Sequence record: OU509535.1
Direction: 5' to 3' (one strand)
DNA: 64,000 nucleotides
Below, one piece after another: positions 46,404 to 56,154 of the stretch. The first letter of the stretch is position 1; each line of letters begins with the position of its first letter. The notes beneath the pieces were generated by a model. That model did not search any database. It saw only the letters and a program-made list of their open reading frames with translations, and was not told the origin of the DNA. A program made the translations under genes and the position numbers.

Positions 46404-47419
46404 ATTATTGTCATAATTTCATTCAAAGATGTAGGTGATACGGTTTCGGTCCACCCATCACCGAATAATTCTTTTGTTAAGTGTCTTGCTTTTATGGTTC
46501 TTTTTATTTCTTTTTCTATGTTAAATGCATCATTACAATTTTCATATACTTTGTGGTATACAACATTCAATTTGTACTTACATTTATTTTTATATGAACC
46601 CATTCTGTGTTTGATATTCTTTGTTATACCGAATTTATAACCAACTATATTATTATAATCATCAGATACTTCTAAAATGTATATACCTGAACTAAAATCA
46701 GAAGATTTATAACCATTTTTGTAACTAACAGAATTACACAAAGGACACCCTTTATCTCGCATAAAATTGTCATATGTCATAGACCATGTATAATTGCATT
46801 TACAAGTTAAAATGACTTTACTAAAAACACCATTAAAGTTCTTTTCATCTATTAATTCAAATTTAATGCCAGTTTCTTTGCTTTTAATTTTTAAATTCTC
46901 ATTTAATTCATTTATACTGTATTTGTGAGTACCTGAACATTTCAAACAACCAATATTATTACTGAAAAATGAGTCATAAGTGGTAGTATTCCATTCGTAT
47001 GCTTCAGAATGTTTAGTATTGTCATTGCATTTTAGTTTTAAATATGTTTTTGTTTTATTATATTCATCAAAACCGAGGAATTCCAGTGTCCCACCTCGTT
47101 TAATGCATTCATTTTCCACATTTTGAATTAAAATTTCAGGTGTTAACTTATTCAATGAAGGCTTTCTGAACTTTTTTGATTCTATATTTCTCAGATATCT
47201 ATATAATTTGTTAATTCTGTAATTATTATAAGTTATATTATCATGTGTTATTGAAGTAAGTGTATTATTACCTAACCATTTTTCTTCAATAATGAATCCA
47301 TTGAATTTTATATTAAATTTGGATAACCTTTTCGATAAATCGTTGAAATATTCCAATGGAGTTCTGGAATTATAGTTAATGTGAACTAAAATAATATCAT
47401 CTGGTAAAGATATTATCAT
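46388..47419 (-). CDS. zinc-finger-repeat protein with C-terminal GIY-YIG-like domain (putative homing endonuclease)
   Basis: C..CxxC modules; C-terminal GIYIL...YKFGIT...R...E...GWTE. Confidence 0.75.
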   Translation of the reverse strand: MIISLPDDIILVHINYNSRTPLEYFNDLSKRLSKFNIKFNGFIIEEKWLGNNTLTSITHDNITYNNYRINKLYRYLRNIESKKFRKPSLNKLTPEILIQNVENECIKRGGTLEFLGFDEYNKTKTYLKLKCNDNTKHSEAYEWNTTTYDSFFSNNIGCLKCSGTHKYSINELNENLKIKSKETGIKFELIDEKNFNGVFSKVILTCKCNYTWSMTYDNFMRDKGCPLCNSVSYKNGYKSSDFSSGIYILEVSDDYNNIVGYKFGITKNIKHRMGSYKNKCKYKLNVVYHKVYENCNDAFNIEKEIKRTIKARHLTKELFGDGWTETVSPTSLNEIMTIIKKGS

Positions 47420-47910
47420 TTTTGATCTCTTTTTATATCATTCATATTCAATTTACCACTTTGTATTAGCTTTCTGGCTTGTTTAGAACGTTCTTTGATG
47501 TTACTACCTGGTACTAACCCAAAATCACTAAGAATTTCACTCTGTTGGTTTGCTGGAAGTCGTTTGAAGCGATTTACATCAACGGTAAGTGCCGTGTGAT
47601 GAATAACTTGTTCATCTGGTGAAACAGAATCGTGGTATTCCAGATAATCTGCTAAATTTCTCAATACTTCGTATAACGGTTTATCTGTTAAATGTTTACA
47701 ATATCGGTGGAAGCTATTATAAACTTTACCTTCGAACGCATTCACCTCATTTTGTAATACTCCCCTACAACTCTGTGTATCATAATGTCTGTGATCAAGA
47801 ACGGGTCTTATTATTTTAATTCCAATAATTGGATCAATGCCATTTTGTTCCTTCAGTTTTCCATTTCTATATTTGGCAGCTTCATTGCTATTTTTTAATC
47901 TACGTTTCAT
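47416..47910 (-). CDS. gp49: endonuclease VII (gp49)-like Holliday junction resolvase
   Basis: VLDHRH...RGVL...NAFEGKV...LRNLADYLE. Confidence 0.8.
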   Translation of the reverse strand: MKRRLKNSNEAAKYRNGKLKEQNGIDPIIGIKIIRPVLDHRHYDTQSCRGVLQNEVNAFEGKVYNSFHRYCKHLTDKPLYEVLRNLADYLEYHDSVSPDEQVIHHTALTVDVNRFKRLPANQQSEILSDFGLVPGSNIKERSKQARKLIQSGKLNMNDIKRDQK

Positions 47911-48035
47911 GATATAATCTCTAATATTATATATCTAATAAATTTATTTACTTCAATAAATACCTATGTAAATAATCTTTCTGTATAATGCATAATTCAA
48001 TACATAATTTCTTGATACGTTGGGTACAGAATAAC

Positions 48036-48073
48036 AAAATAGGTCAGTACTGAAAAGTACTGACCTATTTTTT
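48036..48073. terminator. 16-bp-stem bidirectional terminator built from two AGTACT sites
   Basis: AAAATAGGTCAGTACT-GAAA-AGTACTGACCTATTTT. Confidence 0.85.
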
Positions 48074-48080
48074 TCTGATT

Positions 48081-48296
48081 TTATCGCCCCTCATTTTGTT
48101 TACGGACTTTCTTGTTGTATGCTTTAACCATCAAGTCTCGTTCAGTTACTGGCATATTAAGTAACATTTCATACGAGGTATTATCAATATATACAGCAGC
48201 TTCCATTAATGCTTGTTTAATTTCTTGCTGATTAAACTCTATGTCTCGTATGTATTTTTCTATTTCAGTTGCCTCTAACTGGAGAAGCTGAGATCG
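48081..48296 (-). CDS. gp51-like segment not in the ORF track; likely C-terminal extension of the gp26-like protein by -1 frameshift
   Basis: The -1 frame reads RSQLLQLEATEIEKYIRDIEFNQQEIKQALMEAAVYIDNTSYEMLLNMPVTERDLMVKAYNKKVRKQNEGR*. Its first ATG is only at 48206 and has no evident SD. Confidence 0.65.
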   Translation of the reverse strand, partial: RSQLLQLEATEIEKYIRDIEFNQQEIKQALMEAAVYIDNTSYEMLLNMPVTERDLMVKAYNKKVRKQNEGR

Positions 48297-49135
48297 AAAA
48301 AACGGGTAATATCATACACCAAATCTTCAATAACCCATTCATGATTACATTCACTACATTCAACCTGCATCGTGTGTTCAACACCAGTATTTTGCATTGT
48401 GTTGATTTCATCCTGAATAGTTTTAAGAACGTCTTTTGACTGATCTCCTACCCATTCTGAAATAAATTCTCGTTCAGTCACTTCATCCCCGTCTGGAGTG
48501 ATAATTTTAGAGATACTATAAACGATACCGTCGAAGTTAATTTTAGTGATAGGTTCAAAAATATCAGAAATGAATAGTTTTGCTCGGTCTTCATCACTTA
48601 ACGACTCATCTAAATCGAGATATTTGGATTTGGACTGAATATTGAACATTCGCTCATTTATATCACATTGTTCTTTCCATGTAAGTGGTTTAAGTTCAAT
48701 ACTTAATCCATTATTTAAAACTACAGTAGGGATTTCTTTAATATATTTTACTGTATTCAATAGCACATTCAAATCACGTTCGATACGACCTTCATGGTCA
48801 CATTCGGGACATTTTACATTAATATCATAAGTATATTCTTTGGTTGCAACTTTAATTGCAATAAGCAGTTGTTCGATATCATTGATGTATAATTCATCTG
48901 CATTAAGGACGTTCGGGCAGCAATTTTCAATAACTCGTGATACCGCATCCCCGGACATAAGCATATCAGGAGTATTCAGTACTATTTCATCACGAGCACT
49001 GCGAGCACACACCCCAACTTTAATACCTTTATTTCCTAATACACCATCGGGATATTTAATTACATCATTTGAAATAAGTTTAGCACTAAGTACTTCAATT
49101 TTTGTGTACTTGGCTAGTGGGTTCATCTTACTCAT
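48275..49135 (-). CDS. gp26-like baseplate hub/tail assembly protein
   Basis: MNPLAKY...SARDEIVLNTPDMLMSG...DIEQLLIAIKVAT...CPEC...CSEC; start at ATG 49135 behind a GGAG SD. Confidence 0.8.
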   Translation of the reverse strand: MSKMNPLAKYTKIEVLSAKLISNDVIKYPDGVLGNKGIKVGVCARSARDEIVLNTPDMLMSGDAVSRVIENCCPNVLNADELYINDIEQLLIAIKVATKEYTYDINVKCPECDHEGRIERDLNVLLNTVKYIKEIPTVVLNNGLSIELKPLTWKEQCDINERMFNIQSKSKYLDLDESLSDEDRAKLFISDIFEPITKINFDGIVYSISKIITPDGDEVTEREFISEWVGDQSKDVLKTIQDEINTMQNTGVEHTMQVECSECNHEWVIEDLVYDITRFFDLSFSS

Positions 49136-49177
49136 AAAGACTCCAATCAATGAACAAAATAAATAATCTATATGACA

Positions 49178-49189
49178 TATTTATAAATG
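49178..49189. promoter_or_regulatory. overlapping divergent late promoters
   Basis: TATAAATA on - (49178-49185) overlaps TATAAATG on + (49182-49189). Confidence 0.55.
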
Positions 49190-49205
49190 TTTAAAAGGAT
49201 AAAAA

Positions 49206-51368
49206 ATGGCTGGTACAAGTACGGATTATCTATTACAACAATTGTTAACCAGTAATGAAAAAGCTAATGATAATTTATCTGCGATGAGAGATTTATTATC
49301 AGAAAATTTGAAAAAAAACGGTTCAAATAATAACAATAATAATAATCCAGGAAACGGAAATAATAGAAGAAAGAAAGAAAAGATATCATTAAATGATGCT
49401 TTAAAAAATATATCCAGAGATGTTAGTGGATTTAGTAGAACTCTCATTAACGGTAGTGCGGATGTTGGAACTGTTACGAATTCGCTTGGTACCGGAATGA
49501 GTAGTGTAATCGGTACATTAGGAAAGGCTGTTCCAGCTATTAGTGGTGTAACTACTGCATTCCAGTTACTAATTGAAGCAGGACTATCTGTTTATAATTA
49601 TCTAAATCAACAACTGGAAATGTATAATAAAATTAATTCCAGTGGTGTTAGTTTATCAAATGGTATGAACTCTATTCGTACTGGTAGTGCTAATGCGTTA
49701 ATGAGTATGGACAAATTCGGTAATTCCGTAGTAAAACATGCTGGTGTTATTGCACAATTAAATGGTATATACGGTGATGGTGTTAAGGAATATGGTGATT
49801 TGCTTGGAACATTACAATTAGCACAGGATAAAATAGGTATATATGGTGTATCACAGGAACAAATGGCAGACTTAACCGCGAGGAATATTAAATTCCAGAA
49901 ACAATTTGGTGGTGCAGAATTAATTAGACAAACTAACCAGGAAAAAAGCACACAAGAATTTATTAAAAATATGACATCTTTTAGTAAATCAATGGGTGAA
50001 TCAGTTGATGCAATTTTAAAGAAAACTCAGGATTTTGATAATTCACTTGATGCTCGTGGTTTAGAAGCTGCATTGGAAAACTGGGCTGGATTAAGTAATA
50101 AAGCTGCTACATTAACTACTGATGCATTTATTCAAGCCGCTGCTGGTATGGGCGATGCAGGAAAATCTTTTTTTAAAATAATTTCATCACAAGCTGTCAC
50201 TGGTGCATTACCCACTGAATATATGACTGGTGTTATTGCAGAATTTGCCGAAGAAAACAAAAAAATGTTTATGGGTGGTATTACTGATGCAAAGGAAATA
50301 CGCTCAGCTAACATCAAATGGGTTAGAATGCATAAAGATCAGATTAAGCGTGACATGATGAACCAGATACAACTTGGAAACATCGAAGCTGCTAACTTCA
50401 ACCGAAATCTTCTTGATCTGGAAGCGTCTGCAAATGATCCAAAAAATGGACCAAAACAACGTTTAGAGGAATTAACTAATAGATTTAATAATTGGATTAG
50501 TAATACATTTATAAAGCCATTTAATCTTTTAATGGATGCTGGGGTTACATGGTTATTAGATATTTCAGATCAAACAACATCATTTAACCAATTTATATCT
50601 ACTGTATTCAGTCAGGGAATCGACAAAATAATGAGTATGGTAACTAACTTTTTTAAGAACTTTCCAGTACTTAGTGATATAGGAAAAACTTTATTCGGTG
50701 ATTCTTATAATACATTGGTTGATAATGTTGGTGGTTTTATTGGTAATTTAGTAAAAATACCTATACAACTGATATCAGTTGTAACAGATATATGGAATGG
50801 TAATTTAGCTGGTGCAAGGGAAACTGTACAAAATGCAATTGCTTCATTTAAACAGAATTTCTTGGGTATGTGGGAAGGTATAAAAGATATCAAATTCAGT
50901 TTCAGTGACGTTAAAGACCGCTTGGTTAATATTGTAGAAACACTAAAAAATAAATTAATTAATGCATTTGACATTCTTAAATATGTTTTCGGTGTCAGTG
51001 ATGAAATGCCAAAAACTGAAAATACAAAAACACCAAGTGCTGAAAAACCAAAAAATGAAAACATAAATACACCCAGTAACAGTAAACCGACTGTTAATGA
51101 TAATAACAGAAAACAACCACAAGTTGATCAAAATGCTTCTAATTATACCCCACCAACTCGTGTGGATGAAGCTCAAGATAATTACAAAAAATCTCCTGAT
51201 GATGAAAAAGTTGATAATAATTTACAACCAGTAAATTACGATGAATCAATGGTTGAATTATTAGGACGTGTAACATCTGCGTTAGAAAAAGCTAACGAAT
51301 ACAATGTACAGAATTCAAATTATCTTAGAACTATATCTGATAATACTCAAATACAACGTAATAGTTAA
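49206..51368 (+). CDS. putative tape measure protein (gp29-like)
   Basis: 720 aa, helical, A/G/S-rich with aromatic periodicity and a low-complexity C-terminal region. Confidence 0.7.
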   Translation: MAGTSTDYLLQQLLTSNEKANDNLSAMRDLLSENLKKNGSNNNNNNNPGNGNNRRKKEKISLNDALKNISRDVSGFSRTLINGSADVGTVTNSLGTGMSSVIGTLGKAVPAISGVTTAFQLLIEAGLSVYNYLNQQLEMYNKINSSGVSLSNGMNSIRTGSANALMSMDKFGNSVVKHAGVIAQLNGIYGDGVKEYGDLLGTLQLAQDKIGIYGVSQEQMADLTARNIKFQKQFGGAELIRQTNQEKSTQEFIKNMTSFSKSMGESVDAILKKTQDFDNSLDARGLEAALENWAGLSNKAATLTTDAFIQAAAGMGDAGKSFFKIISSQAVTGALPTEYMTGVIAEFAEENKKMFMGGITDAKEIRSANIKWVRMHKDQIKRDMMNQIQLGNIEAANFNRNLLDLEASANDPKNGPKQRLEELTNRFNNWISNTFIKPFNLLMDAGVTWLLDISDQTTSFNQFISTVFSQGIDKIMSMVTNFFKNFPVLSDIGKTLFGDSYNTLVDNVGGFIGNLVKIPIQLISVVTDIWNGNLAGARETVQNAIASFKQNFLGMWEGIKDIKFSFSDVKDRLVNIVETLKNKLINAFDILKYVFGVSDEMPKTENTKTPSAEKPKNENINTPSNSKPTVNDNNRKQPQVDQNASNYTPPTRVDEAQDNYKKSPDDEKVDNNLQPVNYDESMVELLGRVTSALEKANEYNVQNSNYLRTISDNTQIQRNS

Positions 51369-51380
51369 GGAAGTTAATAA

Positions 51381-53114
51381 ATGTCATGGAAACGTCACAT
51401 GAGTACTGCTCGACCACGAGTATCAGTACAAAAAAATACAAGTTCAGATAAAGCGGCAGGAAGCAAGTCAAATTTTGCTTCTTATCTTCCACAAGTATAT
51501 CAAGGATTACCAAATCGAACTGATCGATATCGACAATATGAAGAAATGGATCAAGATCCTGAAATCAGAACTGCATTGAATATCATTGCTGATTTCTGTA
51601 CTCAGAGTGATGTTGATTTTGGATTACCTTACAAAATTAAGTACAAAGATAATATCGGTGATACTGAAGTTACTACAATCGAAGACCGCCTGGATGCATG
51701 GACTGACCAGAATGATTTTAAAATCAGAATGTATGAAATTGTACGCGGTTTGTTGAAATATGGTGATCAATTTTTTATTCGTGATCCAGAAACTTATGAT
51801 TGGTACTGGGTTGATCCTAGTAATGTTGAACAGGTATTTGTAAACCAAGCAACAGGTAAAAACCCTGTAGTTTATTATATCAGGGATGTATCTTTGAATC
51901 TAAAAGATAAAGTACTTAGTAATGTACATATTGGATTTAACCAAAGTGCTTATACTGGTGCTGCACCTAATTTACTTGGTTCTAATTCATCCGCTGCATC
52001 AGTTGGTGGATTGGCTGGTATTACAAGTTCTGGCTCTTCTGGTTCATCAGATCCATTTAATACAAGTGGTAGAATGGATGTATTACCAGTTGCTGCTGAA
52101 CACGTCATTCATTTTAGTCTAAACACAGGACAAGATGGTGTGTGGCCATTTGGTACCAGTATTCTGGAAAATGTTTTTAAAACATATAAGCAAAAATCAC
52201 TTCTTGAAGACAGTATTATTATATATCGAGTACAACGTGCACCTGAACGCAGGGTATTCCGTATTGATGTAGGTGATATGCAAACTCATCAGGCAATGGC
52301 TTATGTTGAACGTTTTAAAAATGAAATTCATCAACGAAGAATCCCTTCAAATAAAGGAGGAAGTACTTCAATGATGGATGCAGCATATAACCCATTAAGT
52401 ATTTTAGAAGATTACTACTTCCCACAAACTGCTGATGGTCGTGGTTCATCCGTTGATACATTACCAGGTGGCGACAATCTTGGGCAGATTGATGATTTGA
52501 GATACTTTAATAATAAACTTATTAGGGGATTACAAATTCCTTCATCATATCTACCACAAGGTCCAGATGATGGGGGTGTTTCATTATTTGGTGATGGTGC
52601 AACTCAGGCAATGGCAAGTGAAATTCGTTTTAATAATGAATGTATGCGTTATCAACGTCTGGTAGCAAAAGTATTCGATGCTGAATTTAAACGATTTATG
52701 TTACATAACGGTTATAACATAAGTACTGCATCATTTGAGGTAGTATTGAATGCTCCAATTAACCTTGCAACTTATCGTAGAGCGGAATTGGATGCTAAAT
52801 TGATTACTACTTACTTACCTCTTAATGATTTACCATATATGGCAAAACAAACCATTCTACAAAAAATGGGCTTTGAACAGAAAGATATTGTACAGAATGA
52901 AGAATTACTTCGTCAGGAACTTGGTATGGATATTAACACCGCTAATAGTACTGAACAAGCATCACTTCAATCAGTCGGTATTGAAGCACCAAATAATTCT
53001 GAACAAGATCTCGGTGTAGATGAAAATGGTGAGTTAGAAAGTGCAGATAAAGAATATCAGGATTCACAAGAAACATCAAATTTTAACCCAAATGGTTTAG
53101 GTGATTCTTTTTAA
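51381..53114 (+). CDS. gp20: portal protein
   Basis: LLEDSIIIYRVQRAPERRVFRIDVG...EDYYFP...GRGSSVDTLPGG. Confidence 0.96.
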   Translation: MSWKRHMSTARPRVSVQKNTSSDKAAGSKSNFASYLPQVYQGLPNRTDRYRQYEEMDQDPEIRTALNIIADFCTQSDVDFGLPYKIKYKDNIGDTEVTTIEDRLDAWTDQNDFKIRMYEIVRGLLKYGDQFFIRDPETYDWYWVDPSNVEQVFVNQATGKNPVVYYIRDVSLNLKDKVLSNVHIGFNQSAYTGAAPNLLGSNSSAASVGGLAGITSSGSSGSSDPFNTSGRMDVLPVAAEHVIHFSLNTGQDGVWPFGTSILENVFKTYKQKSLLEDSIIIYRVQRAPERRVFRIDVGDMQTHQAMAYVERFKNEIHQRRIPSNKGGSTSMMDAAYNPLSILEDYYFPQTADGRGSSVDTLPGGDNLGQIDDLRYFNNKLIRGLQIPSSYLPQGPDDGGVSLFGDGATQAMASEIRFNNECMRYQRLVAKVFDAEFKRFMLHNGYNISTASFEVVLNAPINLATYRRAELDAKLITTYLPLNDLPYMAKQTILQKMGFEQKDIVQNEELLRQELGMDINTANSTEQASLQSVGIEAPNNSEQDLGVDENGELESADKEYQDSQETSNFNPNGLGDSF

Positions 53115-53147
53115 AAATAAATAAAAGAGTACAAAAGGAATACTATC

Positions 53148-53378
53148 ATGCTTTTTAAAGATATTTTTGAGAGTACCAATGATTCAATGTACGATCCAGA
53201 AGACGATAAAAGTGTATATAAAATTACAGATACTCGCAAACCAAAATTAACTTTGCAGGCTCTGAATAATCTACGCAAGTACAGAGAATTTAAAGCTAAA
53301 GAAGACCAAAACCGAGATGCAAATGTAGCTGCTCTGTATAAATCTTCTCATGCTGCACCGAATAACGGTGAAATGTAA
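53148..53378 (+). CDS. small head-region protein
   Basis: 76 aa between portal and prohead genes; AAGGA SD. Confidence 0.7.
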   Translation: MLFKDIFESTNDSMYDPEDDKSVYKITDTRKPKLTLQALNNLRKYREFKAKEDQNRDANVAALYKSSHAAPNNGEM

Positions 53379-53474
53379 TATATAAAAATGGCATTTTTTA
53401 AGCTCTTTTAATAATGCCATTTTTCATTAAACTAAATACTACATATTAATGATTAAAATCATTAGGAGAATATA

Positions 53475-54257
53475 ATGGCTAATCTAAAACTACTACAAGA
53501 AGCGATTCAGGCTTTTGCAAATGGCGAGCAAGAAGTCGCGGATACTAAAATGCGTCAATATTTCATTGAAGCTGCAAGTGATATTAATAAAAAACTTGAA
53601 GAAGAAATGGAAGACGAAACTGACGAAACTGACGATGAAGTAATGGAAGACTTCTCTATGTCTCCATCTCAAGATCTGAATACCGATGTACAATACCCAA
53701 TGGAAGAAGCTGAAGAAGAACCAACTGACGTTGAAGTTGATTTCCAAGCTGATGATGAAGGTGCAGATGATTCTGCTGAAGCAGAACTACCAAGTGCTGA
53801 TCAATGGGCTGATATTCAGGATGCATATCGCGGTCTACAGAAAATGTTTGATGAAATCGCTGGCTCTGATGAAATTGAGCTAGGTGACGAAGAAGAACCT
53901 ACTGAAGACGGTTTCGAAGATGTTTCTTTTGGTGACGAAAAAGTTGGTGAATCTTATAAAATGAAAGATGCTCCAAGTGTAGATAAAACTGAAAAACCAG
54001 GAGTTAACAAAAAGTCTCCAATTGCTTCTACTGCTAAGTCTCCAGTACAAGGTGTTGAACCAATTAAAACTGGTAAAAACACCACTCCAGTAGTTGATGA
54101 TACTTTTGACGGTGCTGATGCTGAATCTTTCACTATCCCACGTGATAATGACAATGTTCTTAATAAAGCAACTGATGCAATGAAAGATGCTAAGCAACCA
54201 AAAAATACCGCTACTAAAGCTAGTTCAGTACTACCTAAAAAAGCACCTAAACTATAA
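53475..54257 (+). CDS. acidic prohead core-like protein
   Basis: 260 aa with acidic N-half and basic C-half; lies in the gp67/68 position upstream of the protease; AGGAG SD. Confidence 0.7.
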   Translation: MANLKLLQEAIQAFANGEQEVADTKMRQYFIEAASDINKKLEEEMEDETDETDDEVMEDFSMSPSQDLNTDVQYPMEEAEEEPTDVEVDFQADDEGADDSAEAELPSADQWADIQDAYRGLQKMFDEIAGSDEIELGDEEEPTEDGFEDVSFGDEKVGESYKMKDAPSVDKTEKPGVNKKSPIASTAKSPVQGVEPIKTGKNTTPVVDDTFDGADAESFTIPRDNDNVLNKATDAMKDAKQPKNTATKASSVLPKKAPKL

Positions 54258-54281
54258 TCATAAAAGGGAGATCATTTAAAT

Positions 54282-54902
54282 ATGAGTATGCTACGTGAAT
54301 GGTCTTCATTCGAGGATTCTAAAGTACTAACTGAATACAGAGATAATGGTGTAGGTGGTAAAGATTGTTATCTGCGTGGAATTGCTATTCAGGCAGATAA
54401 AAGAAATCACAACGAACGTGTATATCCACTGAACGAAATTACTAAAGCAGTCCAAAACATGCAACAGCGTATTGCCAGTACTGGTGGTATTGCTGTTGAA
54501 TGTGATCACCCAGAATCATTGAACATTAATATGGATCGTGTTGCTGGTATGATTACTAAAGTGTGGATGGAAGGTTCTAATGGTATGGCTGAAATTAAAC
54601 TATTCAATACTGATCATGGAAAAAATATTCGTGCGATGATTGAAGGTGGTCTTCGTCCTGGTGTTAGTTCACGTGGCTCTGGTAATGTTGATTATAATGG
54701 TGTTGTTAGTGATTTCGAAATTGTTACTATTGATATTGTAGCTCAACCTAGTGCTCCTGATGCTTATCCAATGGCAGTATTTGAGTCTCTTAATAATAAG
54801 TATGGATATGGACAAACGCAGAAACCTGTTAATGAATCAAAGTCAGTTTCTAAAAATATGGATTCTGAAATCTATGATTTTTTCAAGAAATTAAAAGGTT
54901 AA
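54282..54902 (+). CDS. gp21: prohead protease
   Basis: NHNERVYP, ECDHP (catalytic His), GVSSRGSG (catalytic Ser), DIVAQPSAPDAYP. Confidence 0.95.
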   Translation: MSMLREWSSFEDSKVLTEYRDNGVGGKDCYLRGIAIQADKRNHNERVYPLNEITKAVQNMQQRIASTGGIAVECDHPESLNINMDRVAGMITKVWMEGSNGMAEIKLFNTDHGKNIRAMIEGGLRPGVSSRGSGNVDYNGVVSDFEIVTIDIVAQPSAPDAYPMAVFESLNNKYGYGQTQKPVNESKSVSKNMDSEIYDFFKKLKG

Positions 54903-54946
54903 TATTTTTATAAACATAAATATTTGTATATTAAAGGAGATGTAAA

Positions 54947-56059
54947 ATGACTAAATTGGAAAAGCTTCTAAAAGAATCATCCCTTTCTGATGAAGCAAAA
55001 CAACTCATCCAGGAAGCATGGAATGAAGAAAAAAATAATCTAGCCGCAGAAATGCGTCAGGAAATGAAAGAACGTTATAAACAAGATCTTGCTGAACTAA
55101 CTGAAGGTCTTGATCAGATGATGAGTACTGTTATCGCTGAAGAAATGAATGCGGTATATGATGAAAAACGCAAACTCGTTGAAGATCGCGTAACTCTTCG
55201 TAAAACTCTGAGTAATTTCTCTGGTTTTGCTAATTCAGTACTAGCTGAAGAAGTGAAACAAATGCGTAATGAACGTAAACTTATTAAAGAAAGTATGAAT
55301 AAATTCGTCAATTTCTCTAATAACATTCTTGCAGAAGAACTTAAAGAATTCCACGTTGAAAAACGTCAACTGGTAGAAAGTCGTGTTAAATTGCTTGCTG
55401 AAGGTTCTAAAAAAATCAATGAAGCTCGTGATAATTTTATTAAACGTACTTCCGAGAGTGCTGCAAAATATATTACGGAAACTACACAGAAACATCTTAG
55501 TGCACTAAAACAGGATATCGCTGAAGCTAAGCAAAATACTTTCGGGCGTAAACTATATGAAGCATTTTCTAATGAATTTTATTCACAACAATTCAATGAA
55601 AATGTCCTACTACGTTCACTGAATGAATCTCTGAAAACTAAAGAAGATGAAATTGTTCAAGTTAAACAGGCTCTTTCAGAAAGTACCAAAGCAGTTAAAG
55701 AAGTTCAACATAAACTTCGTGTTATGGAAGACACTCAAGCACGAAACGCAATTATCTCTGAACTAACTAAACCGCTTAATGTACAACAAAAACAAATTAT
55801 GGAATCACTTCTGGCTACTTCTCCAACTGAAAAGCTAAAAGACGATTTCAATAAGTACCACAAGTCAGTACTAAATGGTACTAAAGTAACAGAATCTGTA
55901 AAAGACGTTCAACCTAAAAAGAAAACTCTTTCTGAAGGTTCAGTTGTTACTGGCAATCGCCAACAAGCAAAAGTTATCGTTGAAAATTCAGAAATTGATG
56001 AAGACGATATGAAGTACCTCGAAGAACTATCTATTCTAAGTGGTATTATTAAAAAGTAA
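54947..56059 (+). CDS. gp22: prohead scaffolding protein
   Basis: Long coiled coil between protease and capsid genes. Confidence 0.88.
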   Translation: MTKLEKLLKESSLSDEAKQLIQEAWNEEKNNLAAEMRQEMKERYKQDLAELTEGLDQMMSTVIAEEMNAVYDEKRKLVEDRVTLRKTLSNFSGFANSVLAEEVKQMRNERKLIKESMNKFVNFSNNILAEELKEFHVEKRQLVESRVKLLAEGSKKINEARDNFIKRTSESAAKYITETTQKHLSALKQDIAEAKQNTFGRKLYEAFSNEFYSQQFNENVLLRSLNESLKTKEDEIVQVKQALSESTKAVKEVQHKLRVMEDTQARNAIISELTKPLNVQQKQIMESLLATSPTEKLKDDFNKYHKSVLNGTKVTESVKDVQPKKKTLSEGSVVTGNRQQAKVIVENSEIDEDDMKYLEELSILSGIIKK

Positions 56060-56097
56060 TATTTTTAACGCATATTTTAACCACCTTTTTCAGTACT

Positions 56098-56105
56098 GAT
56101 AAATA
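56098..56105 (+). promoter_or_regulatory. late promoter of the major capsid gene
   Basis: GATAAATA about 50 nt upstream of the ATG, directly preceded by AGTACT. Confidence 0.55.
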
Positions 56106-56154
56106 ACTTTATATTGAAAAAGATTTTAATAAAATTATCTAAAGGAGACTTTAA

